The position numbers and the translations under genes were made by a program. Shown piece after piece: positions 1 to 8,985 of a stretch of DNA of 64,000 bases. The DNA lies in NCBI GenBank assembly GCA_963668695.2, contig CAXXLQ010000004.1, forward strand, positions 1,344,001 through 1,408,000, written 5' to 3'. The notes beneath the pieces were generated by a model. The model was given only the letters and a program-made list of their open reading frames with translations. It was not told the origin of the DNA and did not search any database. Within the stretch, counting starts at the first letter, position 1. Each line of letters opens with the position of its first letter. The stretch comes from Vicinamibacteria bacterium. GTDB lineage: Bacteria > Acidobacteriota > Vicinamibacteria > Marinacidobacterales > Marinacidobacteraceae.

Positions 1-2069
1 CCTGGAGTTCGGAAGGCTCCCTGTACGTGTGGACTGCGGACGGCGGAACACGCGCGGTGTACGCGGTCGCCGGGCGGCTCGGCCAGCTCCGCCTGCGCCC
101 GGACGGGAGCCCAAACGGGAAGAGGGTCCTCTTCGCTACCAAGGGACTCTCGGCGAACTCCGAGGAGAGCGGCGACCTCTGGGAACATGACCTCGCGTCC
201 GGAACCACCCGCCAGATTGCGGCGGTGGTCCCTGAGAAGGAGAAGGACACCAAGCAGCAGGAATGGCTGAAGGCCCAGCAGAACGAACTGGTCCGGGTGG
301 TGCGCGAACGAAAGGAGCGGGAGGAACGCCGCGACCAGCTTCGCCGCGACCACAACGATCTGTTGCCGCAGGAGATCCCGGTCCCCAAGGGCGAGAAAGC
401 GGTGGACATCCGGATGTCCACCGACGGCAAATACCTCGTTTTCCGGTCGCGGAAGGACCCCTCGGAACCGAAGCGCACGAGCTTCATGGAGTTCGTGAAC
501 GAGAGCGGGCAGGCCACCGAGAAGGACGCCCGCCCGAAGGTCGGAGAAGCACTCCCCTCATCGCGCCTCGGCATCGTGGCGGTGGACCAGACCGTCCGCA
601 CGGAGGACATCGAGATCCGTTGGGTGGAGGATGGAATCGAGAAGGACACCGTCATGCACGGCCCCTGGTGGAGCCCTGATGGGAAACAGGCGGCGGTTCA
701 GGTGCTCTCCATGGACCATAAGGAGCGTTGGATCGCGCTGCTGGACATCGAGGCCGGGACCCTGCGCCACCTCGACCACCAGCAGGAGGAGGCCTGGGTC
801 GGCGGACCGCTGGTGGTCGGCCGCTGGTCGCCGGGCTATCTCGAATGGCTCCCGGACAGCCAGGCCTTCGCCTTCGGCTCCACGGCGAGCGGCTGGGCGA
901 TGCTGCTGCTCGCGAATCTCGAAGGCGAGGTGACGGCCCTGACCGAAGGGCAATTCGAGGTGCGGCGGGCGGAACTCGCCCCCGGAGGGGACTCCTTCCT
1001 CGTCACCACCAGCCAGGAGCATCCCGGTGAGGAACACCTCTACCGGTTGCCGGCTCGCGGCGGCGCGCTGGAACAGGTTACGAGCGGCGAGGGGATGCAC
1101 TCCTGGGCGGTGTCCCCGGACGGGAGCCGGGTCGCTGCGGTCAGTCAGTCGCTCACTGAGTTCGGCGACCTCTATCTGATGGATGCGGTAGCCGCGGCCG
1201 AGCCCATGCGGATCACGAAGAGCGGGACCGATGCGTTCTACCGGACTGCCTGGGCGGGCAGCGAGATCGTGGAGTACGACCTGCCCGACGGGACGACTGC
1301 GTGGGCGCGGATCTGGGATGCACCTGCGGGTGCGACCCCCGGAGCGACGCCGGCGGTGGTCTATGCCCACGGCTGCGGCGAATGCGCCCAGGCGGTCGTG
1401 AAGGGTTGGGCCCGAGCCGGGAGCATCGTCTACGCCAACTACCTGCTCCAAAACGGCTACGCCGCAGCGTCGGTGGACTACCGGGGCAGCTCGGGTTACG
1501 GACACCGGAACCGCACCTACGCCTACCGGCAGATGGGGATCTCGGACATCGACAGCGCGCTGCCGCTGCTCGACATCCTGGTGGACCAGTACGGGGTGGC
1601 GCGCGACCGGATCGGAGTCTACGGCGGCTCCTACGGGGGCTTCTTCACCCTCATGTCCCTCTTCCGGAACCCGGGGAAATACGCCGCCGGGGTGGCGCTC
1701 TACCCGGTTACCGACTGGGTCCACTACAACCAGGGATACACGAGCCGGATCCTGAACGGCAGCCAGCTCGACGACGAGGAGGCCTACCGGGTCTCGAGTC
1801 CGGTGTACTACGCCGATGGGCTACAGGACGCGCTGCAGATTCAGCACGGGCTGGTGGACAACAACGTCCAGATTCAGGACTCCTTCCGGCTGGCGCAGAT
1901 CCTCATCGAGAAGCAGAAGGACTTCGATCTGGTCGTCTACCCCGTCGAGGACCACGGCTGGGACGAGATCCCCACCCGCCGCGACAGCTACCGCCGCATG
2001 ACGGACTTCTTCGACCGGCACCTGGGTGGCGGATCGGGTGGGATAAACCCGACCACGGATCCGCGTTAA
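1..2069 (+). CDS. S9 family (prolyl oligopeptidase/dipeptidyl aminopeptidase-like) serine peptidase, 5'-truncated by the window edge
   Basis: Frame open from the window start; beta-propeller-like segments (WSPDG, VSPDG), DYRGSSGYG, nucleophile motif GGSYGG, HGLVDNNV (Asp) and EDHG (His). Confidence 0.9.
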   Translation, partial: WSSEGSLYVWTADGGTRAVYAVAGRLGQLRLRPDGSPNGKRVLFATKGLSANSEESGDLWEHDLASGTTRQIAAVVPEKEKDTKQQEWLKAQQNELVRVVRERKEREERRDQLRRDHNDLLPQEIPVPKGEKAVDIRMSTDGKYLVFRSRKDPSEPKRTSFMEFVNESGQATEKDARPKVGEALPSSRLGIVAVDQTVRTEDIEIRWVEDGIEKDTVMHGPWWSPDGKQAAVQVLSMDHKERWIALLDIEAGTLRHLDHQQEEAWVGGPLVVGRWSPGYLEWLPDSQAFAFGSTASGWAMLLLANLEGEVTALTEGQFEVRRAELAPGGDSFLVTTSQEHPGEEHLYRLPARGGALEQVTSGEGMHSWAVSPDGSRVAAVSQSLTEFGDLYLMDAVAAAEPMRITKSGTDAFYRTAWAGSEIVEYDLPDGTTAWARIWDAPAGATPGATPAVVYAHGCGECAQAVVKGWARAGSIVYANYLLQNGYAAASVDYRGSSGYGHRNRTYAYRQMGISDIDSALPLLDILVDQYGVARDRIGVYGGSYGGFFTLMSLFRNPGKYAAGVALYPVTDWVHYNQGYTSRILNGSQLDDEEAYRVSSPVYYADGLQDALQIQHGLVDNNVQIQDSFRLAQILIEKQKDFDLVVYPVEDHGWDEIPTRRDSYRRMTDFFDRHLGGGSGGINPTTDPR

Positions 2070-2084
2070 GGAGCGCTTAGGAAC

Positions 2085-2213
2085 GGGACCGCCGGCCAGT
2101 TCTCCCGGTGGGGGCCTCCAGACCGGCATCGCTCCCCGCAGGGGAGCGAAACCGCACCCCGCCGACGAGAAGAATGCTCGGCAATGACCGGGACTGCCGG
2201 CCTCCGGCCGGTA
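2085..2213 (+). repeat. REP-like cluster (GGGANCGCCGNCCTCCGGCCGGCA family); first copy carries an 18-bp insert
   Basis: gggaccgccgg[18-mer]gcctccagaccggca at 2085-2128 and gggactgccggcctccggccggta at 2190-2213. Confidence 0.7.
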
Positions 2214-2266
2214 TCGCGGCCCGCAGGGCGGCGATACCGGGGACCGCTGATCGGGGTGACGGTGCG

Positions 2267-2623
2267 CTAGGGCAACGCGGGGGTGGCCGCCTGCGCATCC
2301 CGGCAGGCATTCGTCCGCCGGTAGCCGATCCACGCAGAGATCGCGGCCGCCGCCGAAGCCAACTGCCGTCGATCTGATCGTCCCGCTCGTCATAGGTCAT
2401 CGTCACCGCGAGGGCCCACAGCATGAAACCCAGGTCCACGAGGGGCCACATCCGGCTGCTTGTGCACGGGACGCCGCCCGGGTAGACGCCGGTAGCGTCG
2501 TAGTCGGATTCGCTTGGCTTCGGTGGACCTTGCGTCAGGACGATCGAGCAGCCTCCGGCCAGGATCGTGAAGAACGGGGCCTACCGCCGGAAGGCGACGC
2601 AGTTGAGCGTTTCTGGTGCGCAC
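2267..2623 (-). pseudogene. Frameshifted small membrane lipoprotein
   Basis: Three frames join to give MRTRNAQLRRLPAV / FFTILAGG-C-SIVLTQGPP...CTSSRMWPLVDLGFMLWALAV... / LASAAAAISAWIGYRRTNACRDAQAATPALP*; lipobox-like LAGGC and two hydrophobic helices; shifts near 2580 and 2365. Confidence 0.5.
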
Positions 2624-2641
2624 GGCGGGCTGCTTCAGCTT

Positions 2642-4360
2642 TCAGGTCGACCTGCGGAGCACGCGACCCGGGAGCGCGCCGGTGAAGCGGCCGTCCCGGC
2701 TCACGGGCTGGCCGTTCACGAAGGTGGCGCGGATTCCGGTGGCCCGGGCCCGGGGATTCTCGAGGGTGGCGTGGTCGGCGATCTCCTCTTTGTCGAACAG
2801 AACGAGATCGGCGGGAAAGCCGTTCGCGATCCGGCCGCGGTGCCTCAGTCCGACGATGTCGGCCGGCAGCGAGGTCATGCGCCGGACGGCCTCTTCCAGT
2901 GACAGGAGCCCTTCCTCCCGCACGTAGCGGCCGAGCACCCGCGGGAACGCACCGTAGGCGGCCGGGTGAGAGGAGCCCTTCCCGTAATCGTTCGCGTCGG
3001 TGATGAACGCGACCTCGGGATCGGAGACGAGCGTCCTGAGTCCGTCTTCGCCGCTGATGTCCAGCACGAACTGCCCCACTGCGCCGTCCTCCTCCAGCAT
3101 GAGGTCGGAAATCGCCTCGAAGGGGAGTGTGGTGCGCCGATTCCCGAGTTCGGCGAGAGACAGACCCACGTCGCCGCGCGAGCCGGCGCTTTCCACGCTC
3201 GAAACCTGAATGCCGTCCCAACCGACCGCCGACACGAGGTTGTGGGGCCAGCCTCCCGGCTCCCAGGGAGGCCACTCGGGAGTTCGCTCCTCGATGTCCC
3301 TCCCGATCCGAGCCCGGACTTCCGGATCACGGAGCCGTGCGAGAAGCTCGCCCGGGCCGCCTTCGAGCGCCCAGGGGGGGTAGATGGCGTACATCATGGT
3401 CGCCGCCACCGGATAGGGGAACATGTCCGCCGAGACGCGCACACCTTCCGCCCGGGCTTCACGCTCGATCTCGAGAAAGGTCGCGAGCTTCGACCAGTGA
3501 TCCCGACCCACCGCTTCGGCGTGGCTGTGGTGCACCCGGATCTCGGCACCCCGCCCGATCTCGATGAGCTCTCCGACCGCCGGGAGCAGGGTTTCGCTCG
3601 AACCCCGGACGTGGGCAGTGAACACCCCGTCCGATTCCCGCAGCGAGCGGGCGAGTCCGAGGAGTTCTTCGGTGGCGCTGAACATTCCCGGCGGGTAGAT
3701 GAGCCCGCAGGAAAGACCGTAGGCGCCTTCTTCCAGGCTTTGTTCGAGGGCCCGCGCCATCGCGGCCCGCTCCCCGCCCTCCGGAGCCCCCGGCCGAAGT
3801 CCCATCGCCCCGAGGCGCAGGAGGCCGTGGGGAACGAGCGCCGCCACGTTGACCGGCAGACCCCGGGTTTCCAGCGTCGAGAAGTAGTCGGCAAGCGACG
3901 ACCATCGCCAGGAAGCGCCCTCCGGTGTCATCCAGGCGTGCACCGCCGGGGCGAGGTCCCGGGCTTCCCCGAAGAGCGGCGCCGCTCCGAGCCCGCAGTT
4001 TCCGATCACCTCGGTGGTGATGCCTTGGGCCAACCGGCCCGCGAGAAGCGTGTCCCGATCCGGTCGGCCGCTCGCGAGCAGCAGATCGCCATGGGAATGG
4101 ATGTCTACGAAACCGGGAGCGGCGACGAGGCCATCAGCATCTACTTCGCGAAGCGCCTCTCCCTCGGGAGAGACAAAGCGGCCGTTACGGATTCCGAGGT
4201 CCCCGTGCCGCGCGGGCGCCCCGGTACCGTCCACGACCAGTGCGTTCCGGATCCGGTAGTCGAGCGTGGCGGGGTGCGCCGGGCGCGCCTGGCCGCAAGC
4301 CGCGCCGAAAAGACCGGCGGCGAGGGCGCCGCCGAACTCCCGCCGGTTCATTTCACCCAT
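2642..4360 (-). CDS. N-acyl-D-amino-acid deacylase (D-aminoacylase) family amidohydrolase with Tat-type signal
   Basis: PGFVDIHSH, QGITTEVIGNCG, HPAAYGAFPRVLGRYVRE, ADLVLFD motifs; N-terminus MGEMNRREFGGALAAGLFGAAC. Confidence 0.88.
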   Translation of the reverse strand: MGEMNRREFGGALAAGLFGAACGQARPAHPATLDYRIRNALVVDGTGAPARHGDLGIRNGRFVSPEGEALREVDADGLVAAPGFVDIHSHGDLLLASGRPDRDTLLAGRLAQGITTEVIGNCGLGAAPLFGEARDLAPAVHAWMTPEGASWRWSSLADYFSTLETRGLPVNVAALVPHGLLRLGAMGLRPGAPEGGERAAMARALEQSLEEGAYGLSCGLIYPPGMFSATEELLGLARSLRESDGVFTAHVRGSSETLLPAVGELIEIGRGAEIRVHHSHAEAVGRDHWSKLATFLEIEREARAEGVRVSADMFPYPVAATMMYAIYPPWALEGGPGELLARLRDPEVRARIGRDIEERTPEWPPWEPGGWPHNLVSAVGWDGIQVSSVESAGSRGDVGLSLAELGNRRTTLPFEAISDLMLEEDGAVGQFVLDISGEDGLRTLVSDPEVAFITDANDYGKGSSHPAAYGAFPRVLGRYVREEGLLSLEEAVRRMTSLPADIVGLRHRGRIANGFPADLVLFDKEEIADHATLENPRARATGIRATFVNGQPVSRDGRFTGALPGRVLRRST

Positions 4361-4540
4361 CGGACGGTTCCGGTATATCGGGCGCCCGCCTTGCGAGGGC
4401 CGACGCGGGGGGTCCAAAAGCGACCGAATCGTCACCATCGCCCATATGATGCACCCTGTGCTGAAAATCGGGTGGGTCGCTGGCGCCATCGACGTGATGC
4501 TCCAGAGACACGCGGCGGGCGGCGCAGACGAGGCGCGACC

Positions 4541-5515
4541 GTGACATCCCTGGGCAATCGACTTCGCGTCGCGACGGTCTGGTTGGACAGTTGGGCGTAC
4601 ACGCCTGACCCCAACAAGGACGCCATGCGCGTCGACTGGGCCCGGGTGGCGCCCTTCATCGGCATCCACCTGATGTGCCTGGGCCCGATCTGGGTGGGAT
4701 GGAGCTGGACGGCGGTGGGCGTGGCGGTGGCGCTCTACTGGATCCGCGCGTTCGCCATCACCGCCTTCTATCACCGGTATTTCTCGCACCGCACGTTCCG
4801 CACGTCGCGATTCCTGCAGTTTCTCTACGCAGTGCTTGGCGCGTCGGCCGTGCAGCGGGGCCCGTTGTGGTGGGCGGCGCACCACCGGCTGCACCACCGC
4901 AACTCGGACGGCCCGAAGGATGTCCACTCACCCCACCAGCACGGCTTCTGGTGGAGCCATATGGGTTGGATCACCGCCCCGGCCAACTTTCCCACGCGGC
5001 TCGACGCGGTGCCCGACCTCGTGCGCTACCCGGAGTTGCGGCTGCTGGATCGGTTCGACCTGGTGGTGCCCGCGTTCCTGGCCACCGGACTCTTCCTCCT
5101 CGGCGCGGTCCTCGAGGGTGCCGGGGTGAACACCAGCGGCGCGCAGTTGCTCGTGTGGGGTTTCTTCATCTCCACGGTGGCCCTCTTTCACGGCACCAGC
5201 ACGATCAACTCGCTGGCGCATCAGATGGGGCGGCGCCGGTACGCGACCCGCGACGACAGCCGCAACAGCCTGCTGCTGGCCCTGCTGACGATGGGCGAGG
5301 GCTGGCACAACAATCACCATCGCTACCCCGCCGCCACGCGGCAGGGCTTCTTCTGGTGGGAGATCGACATGACCTACTACCTGCTGGTCGTCATGTCGTG
5401 GCTCGGGCTCGTCCGGAATCTGCACCCCGTACCGGCGCGCGTGAAGCTCGGCGCCACCGACGCGGCGAGCGGCGGGAGCCGTCTTGGCGGTCAGGGGCCG
5501 GCCGCGCCGGGATAA
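4541..5515 (+). CDS. Acyl-CoA (delta-9-like) fatty acid desaturase
   Basis: Three His boxes HRYFSH, HHRLHH, HNNHH; transmembrane segments; GTG start at 4541 inferred. Confidence 0.92.
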   Translation: MTSLGNRLRVATVWLDSWAYTPDPNKDAMRVDWARVAPFIGIHLMCLGPIWVGWSWTAVGVAVALYWIRAFAITAFYHRYFSHRTFRTSRFLQFLYAVLGASAVQRGPLWWAAHHRLHHRNSDGPKDVHSPHQHGFWWSHMGWITAPANFPTRLDAVPDLVRYPELRLLDRFDLVVPAFLATGLFLLGAVLEGAGVNTSGAQLLVWGFFISTVALFHGTSTINSLAHQMGRRRYATRDDSRNSLLLALLTMGEGWHNNHHRYPAATRQGFFWWEIDMTYYLLVVMSWLGLVRNLHPVPARVKLGATDAASGGSRLGGQGPAAPG

Positions 5516-5659
5516 AGCCGCCACCGGGCGAAACGCACGCGATCGAAACCGAAGGGGCACGCCCGGGGTTCCCGCGCGGAGCCTTCGAACCGGTTGGGGC
5601 GAACCGGTTGCGGGCTGCCCCCGACGGACGGCGGGAGGACCGGTGCGGGCGGAAGGATC

Positions 5660-6331
5660 TCACTTGGTGCTCACTACCTCGTCGAGCGGGAGGCGCCGGA
5701 TATCCGGCACCTCCGCCCCGGGTTTCGGGTAGCCGACCACGAGGAGCAGGAACGGAACCTCGTTCGCGGGGCGGTCGAGCAACTCGTTCAGGAATCGCAT
5801 CGGGCTCGGGGTGTGGGTGAGCGTCGCGAGTCCGGCGTGGTGGAGCGCCGCGATCAGGAACCCGGTGGCGATTCCCACCGATTCGGAGTGGTAGTAGTTC
5901 CGGATCCGGTTCCCGTCCGCGCCGACGGTGTAGCGCTGCATGAAAATGGCGATCAGCACCGGAGCTTCGGTGAGGAACGGTTTGCTGGCGTCGGTGCCCA
6001 GGGGTTCGAGGGCCGCAAGCCACTCCGGCGGCGCCCTGCCGCCGTAGAACGCCCGCTCCTCGGCCTCCGCCGCCTCGCGGAGCCGCGCCTTGATCGCGGC
6101 GTCCTGCACCACCACGAATCGCCAGGGCTGCAGGTTGGCCCCGCTCGGAGCCGAGGCCGCGGTGCGGAGCGCCGCCTCGATCACACCGTGGGGCACCGGA
6201 CGGGAGTCGAACTCCCGGACCGTGCGCCGCCGGACCATGTGCTCGAGGAACCGCCGGGCCCGCTCGACCATCTCCTCCGGAGGGAAGGCGGGGAAGTCAA
6301 GCTCCACGGCGCCCCGCGGGTTTTCCGACAC
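5660..6331 (-). CDS. Nitroreductase superfamily, iodotyrosine deiodinase (IYD)-like
   Basis: [62 protein letters not shown]; start set at GTG just outside the upstream MITE. Confidence 0.85.
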   Translation of the reverse strand: MSENPRGAVELDFPAFPPEEMVERARRFLEHMVRRRTVREFDSRPVPHGVIEAALRTAASAPSGANLQPWRFVVVQDAAIKARLREAAEAEERAFYGGRAPPEWLAALEPLGTDASKPFLTEAPVLIAIFMQRYTVGADGNRIRNYYHSESVGIATGFLIAALHHAGLATLTHTPSPMRFLNELLDRPANEVPFLLLVVGYPKPGAEVPDIRRLPLDEVVSTK

Positions 6332-6337
6332 GGTTAG

Positions 6338-6643
6338 CAGCCTGTGGACAAAGTCACGCGGCATTCCCGAGCCAGAAGAGATGGGGGTCGGGTGCCCCGT
6401 CCCCCGCCTCTTCCGCTCCGGGGTCTCCGCGGTGCTGGCGCCCCGCTCCGGAAGCGACCGGGCGATGCATCCCGGCTGAACCGCCCCCCCACCGGGAGAA
6501 CTGGCGCTTCGCGTCGCTCATCGTTGCGCTTCGGTCGAAATACACTCGGTATTCCTCCCTCGCGGGCCTCGTCAGCCGGCCGCCTCACCGGCCAGTTCTC
6601 CCGGTGGGGGCCTCGGTCCTCACGTCACTCTGTCCACAGGCTG
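6338..6643. mobile_element. MITE-like element copy 1 (one 90-bp-type module, two 18-bp inserts)
   Basis: TIRs cagcctgtggacaaagt / actctgtccacaggctg, flanked by TAG and CTA; body homologous to six other copies. Confidence 0.85.
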
Positions 6644-6710
6644 CTAGCTCGCCCGTCGTTTGCGCGCGTTGGGGCTGGCGTGCACGAGAGATGGCTGGGG
6701 CCCTCGCGCC

Positions 6711-7721
6711 TCAGCGCGCCCGGCAGATGTGGCGGATGATGGCCTCACCGTGGAAGCGGCCGTTCTCGATGAACACCATGTTGGTGCGGCGGCCGGCCAC
6801 CACCCCGCCGGCGAGGTAGAGCCCGGGCACCTCGGTAGCGAGGGTTTCGGGATCGGTGACCGGCCTCCCGTCCGGGCCTTCGCTGCGGACGCCCAGCGAT
6901 TCGAGGAACCCGTAGTTCGGCCGGTAACCGAGGAGCGCCAACACGAAGTCGTTCGGAAGCTCGTGCCTCCCGCCCTGGCGGTCCCGCAGGGTCAGGGAGT
7001 CCATTCGGATCTCCTCGACCACCGAACCGAGAAAGCCGGTGATCTCGCGCCGCGCCAGACGGTTCTGAATGTCCGGCCGTACCCAGTACTTGAGGTGCGA
7101 CGAGAGAGTCTCGCCGCGATGGATCAGGGTGACCTCGACGCCCGCCCGGAAAAGCTCGAGCGCGGCCTCGGCCGCCGAGTTTCCCCCGCCGATCACCGCG
7201 ACCCGCGATCCGAAATAGGGGTGGGTTTCGACGTACCGGTAGGAGACCTTGTCGAGTTCCGCCCCCGGAACGTCGAGACGGTTCGGATTGTCGTAATAGC
7301 CAATCGCCATGACCACGTTCCGGGCCCGCACCGGTTCCGGATCGGGGATACCCTGCCGCTCGCTCTTCAGGTGGAGCGTGAAGATGTCCCCATTCGCCCT
7401 ACTGTCGCGCGCGACTCGCACGACCTTCGTGAAAAGCCGCGGATGTAGGTCGTAGCGCTGGGCGACCTTCCGGTAGTAGACGAGCGCTTCGTAGCGCGAC
7501 GGCTTCTCGCGGTGGCAGACGAGAGGAAGTCCGCCGATCTCAAGCAACTCCGGGGTGGTGAAGAACACCATGTTGATCGGGAAACGGCGGATGGCGTCCA
7601 CGAGGCCGCCCTTTTCGATGACCTCGTAGGAGAGTCCCGCGCGCTGACACTCGATTGCCGTCGCGAGCCCCGAGGGCCCGCCCCCGACGATCGCTACATC
7701 GAGGACGCCGTCAGTCTTCAT
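6711..7721 (-). CDS. YpdA-family FAD/NAD(P)-dependent disulfide reductase
   Basis: GGGPSG, FFTTPELLEIGG, IGYYDNPN, GGGNSA, FIENGRFHG; lacks the TrxB CxxC. Confidence 0.85.
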   Translation of the reverse strand: MKTDGVLDVAIVGGGPSGLATAIECQRAGLSYEVIEKGGLVDAIRRFPINMVFFTTPELLEIGGLPLVCHREKPSRYEALVYYRKVAQRYDLHPRLFTKVVRVARDSRANGDIFTLHLKSERQGIPDPEPVRARNVVMAIGYYDNPNRLDVPGAELDKVSYRYVETHPYFGSRVAVIGGGNSAAEAALELFRAGVEVTLIHRGETLSSHLKYWVRPDIQNRLARREITGFLGSVVEEIRMDSLTLRDRQGGRHELPNDFVLALLGYRPNYGFLESLGVRSEGPDGRPVTDPETLATEVPGLYLAGGVVAGRRTNMVFIENGRFHGEAIIRHICRAR

Positions 7722-8842
7722 TCAATCCGCTCTACCCGGGCCCGAACGATCTCGACGCGCTCGAGCGGGGCTTCGTCGGCGCCGGCAGGCAGCGCTTCAA
7801 TCGCTTCGACGATTTCGTATCCGGAGATCACCCTCCCGAACACCGAGTACTGGCCGTCGAGAGCGGAAGCCCGTCCGGTCACGATGAAGAAACTGGTCAT
7901 GGCGCTGTCGAGCGCCTCCAGCCGGGCCATCGAGATGATGCCGGGTTCGTGGGGAATGTCACTGAACTCCGGCGCCAGGTTCGTGATGTGTTTTTCGATG
8001 CTCTCGGGAACCGGCGGTACGCGGGTGTCCATCCAACCGGTCTGGACGACGAACCCGGGGACGACCCGGTGGAACGCGGTTCCGTCGTAAGCCCCGATCT
8101 CGGCCAATCGGAGGAAGTTCCGAACGTGGTTGGGAGCCGTTTCCGGAAGTAGCTCGATCTGGACTTCCCCGAACCGCGTCTCCAGAATCACGCGGAACTC
8201 CGCCAGCTCCGCATCGGTTTCCTCGGAAAACGGCGGGGGACGCTCCGGAGGACGGTCGCGGACGGTGGCGCGGAGCACCTCTACGCGCTCGAGCGGCATT
8301 CCCCTTTCGTCGGCCGGAAGCTCCGAGATCACGGTGACCTCGTGGATCCCCTCCACGACCCGCGCGAACACGGTGTACGCCCCGTCGAGCGGAGGCTGAT
8401 CGGTGACGACAATGAAGAACTGGGAGCCGGCGCTGTCCGGTTGGCCGGGAACCTGGACGGCGGAGACGGCGCCCCGCACATGGAGCTCGTCGTTCGCCTC
8501 GCGGGCGAGTCGCAGTAGACCCCCGGTCCCGTACGCGTCCGTCGCTTCCGGATCCTGCGAAAGCGGATCCCCGCCCTGAACGATTCCGCGCGCGATAACC
8601 CGGTGGAACGCCGTCCCGTCGTAGTTGCCCGCTTCAGCCTGCTGCAGGAAGAAGGCGGCGTGGTTCGGAGCCTCTTCGGGGAGGACTTCGATGATGAAGT
8701 TCCCTTGGGTGGTTTCAAAGACCACCTGCTTGCCGATCATCGCTTCGACCGGCTGGTCGGCGGTGAAGAGGCCCTCGGTCTGGGTGCTCGCCATCGCCAC
8801 GGGAAGAAGGCTGAGAACGAAGAGCGCAAACGCCCCCATCAT
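7718..8842 (-). CDS. Secreted peptidyl-prolyl isomerase with two tandem cyclophilin domains
   Basis: Signal peptide; YDGTAFHRV twice, SAGSQFFIV / SAMTSFFIV, LDGAYTVF / LDGQYSVFG. Confidence 0.9.
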   Translation of the reverse strand: MMGAFALFVLSLLPVAMASTQTEGLFTADQPVEAMIGKQVVFETTQGNFIIEVLPEEAPNHAAFFLQQAEAGNYDGTAFHRVIARGIVQGGDPLSQDPEATDAYGTGGLLRLAREANDELHVRGAVSAVQVPGQPDSAGSQFFIVVTDQPPLDGAYTVFARVVEGIHEVTVISELPADERGMPLERVEVLRATVRDRPPERPPPFSEETDAELAEFRVILETRFGEVQIELLPETAPNHVRNFLRLAEIGAYDGTAFHRVVPGFVVQTGWMDTRVPPVPESIEKHITNLAPEFSDIPHEPGIISMARLEALDSAMTSFFIVTGRASALDGQYSVFGRVISGYEIVEAIEALPAGADEAPLERVEIVRARVERIE

Positions 8843-8985
8843 CCGGGGGTTTAGGAAGAACACTCGACCGGCTATCTGCAAGGACTGGGAGAAAGGTCGC
8901 GCCAAACGGAGGGGCAGTATATTCCCGGGCCTTGTTGCCTGAATCACCTCCCTCTGCTGTTTCCGGCGGGCCCGCTGCTGCCGAA

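Noticed and set aside
2642-5515. Apparent large overlap between the 761-aa and 849-aa ORFs
   Set aside because: Both are 5'-overextended; the real genes (starts 4360 and 4541) are divergent and do not overlap.
6334-6739. Recurrent small ORFs containing QFSRWG / PPTGRTG
   Set aside because: Translations of the MITE and 18-mer repeats; no evidence of coding.
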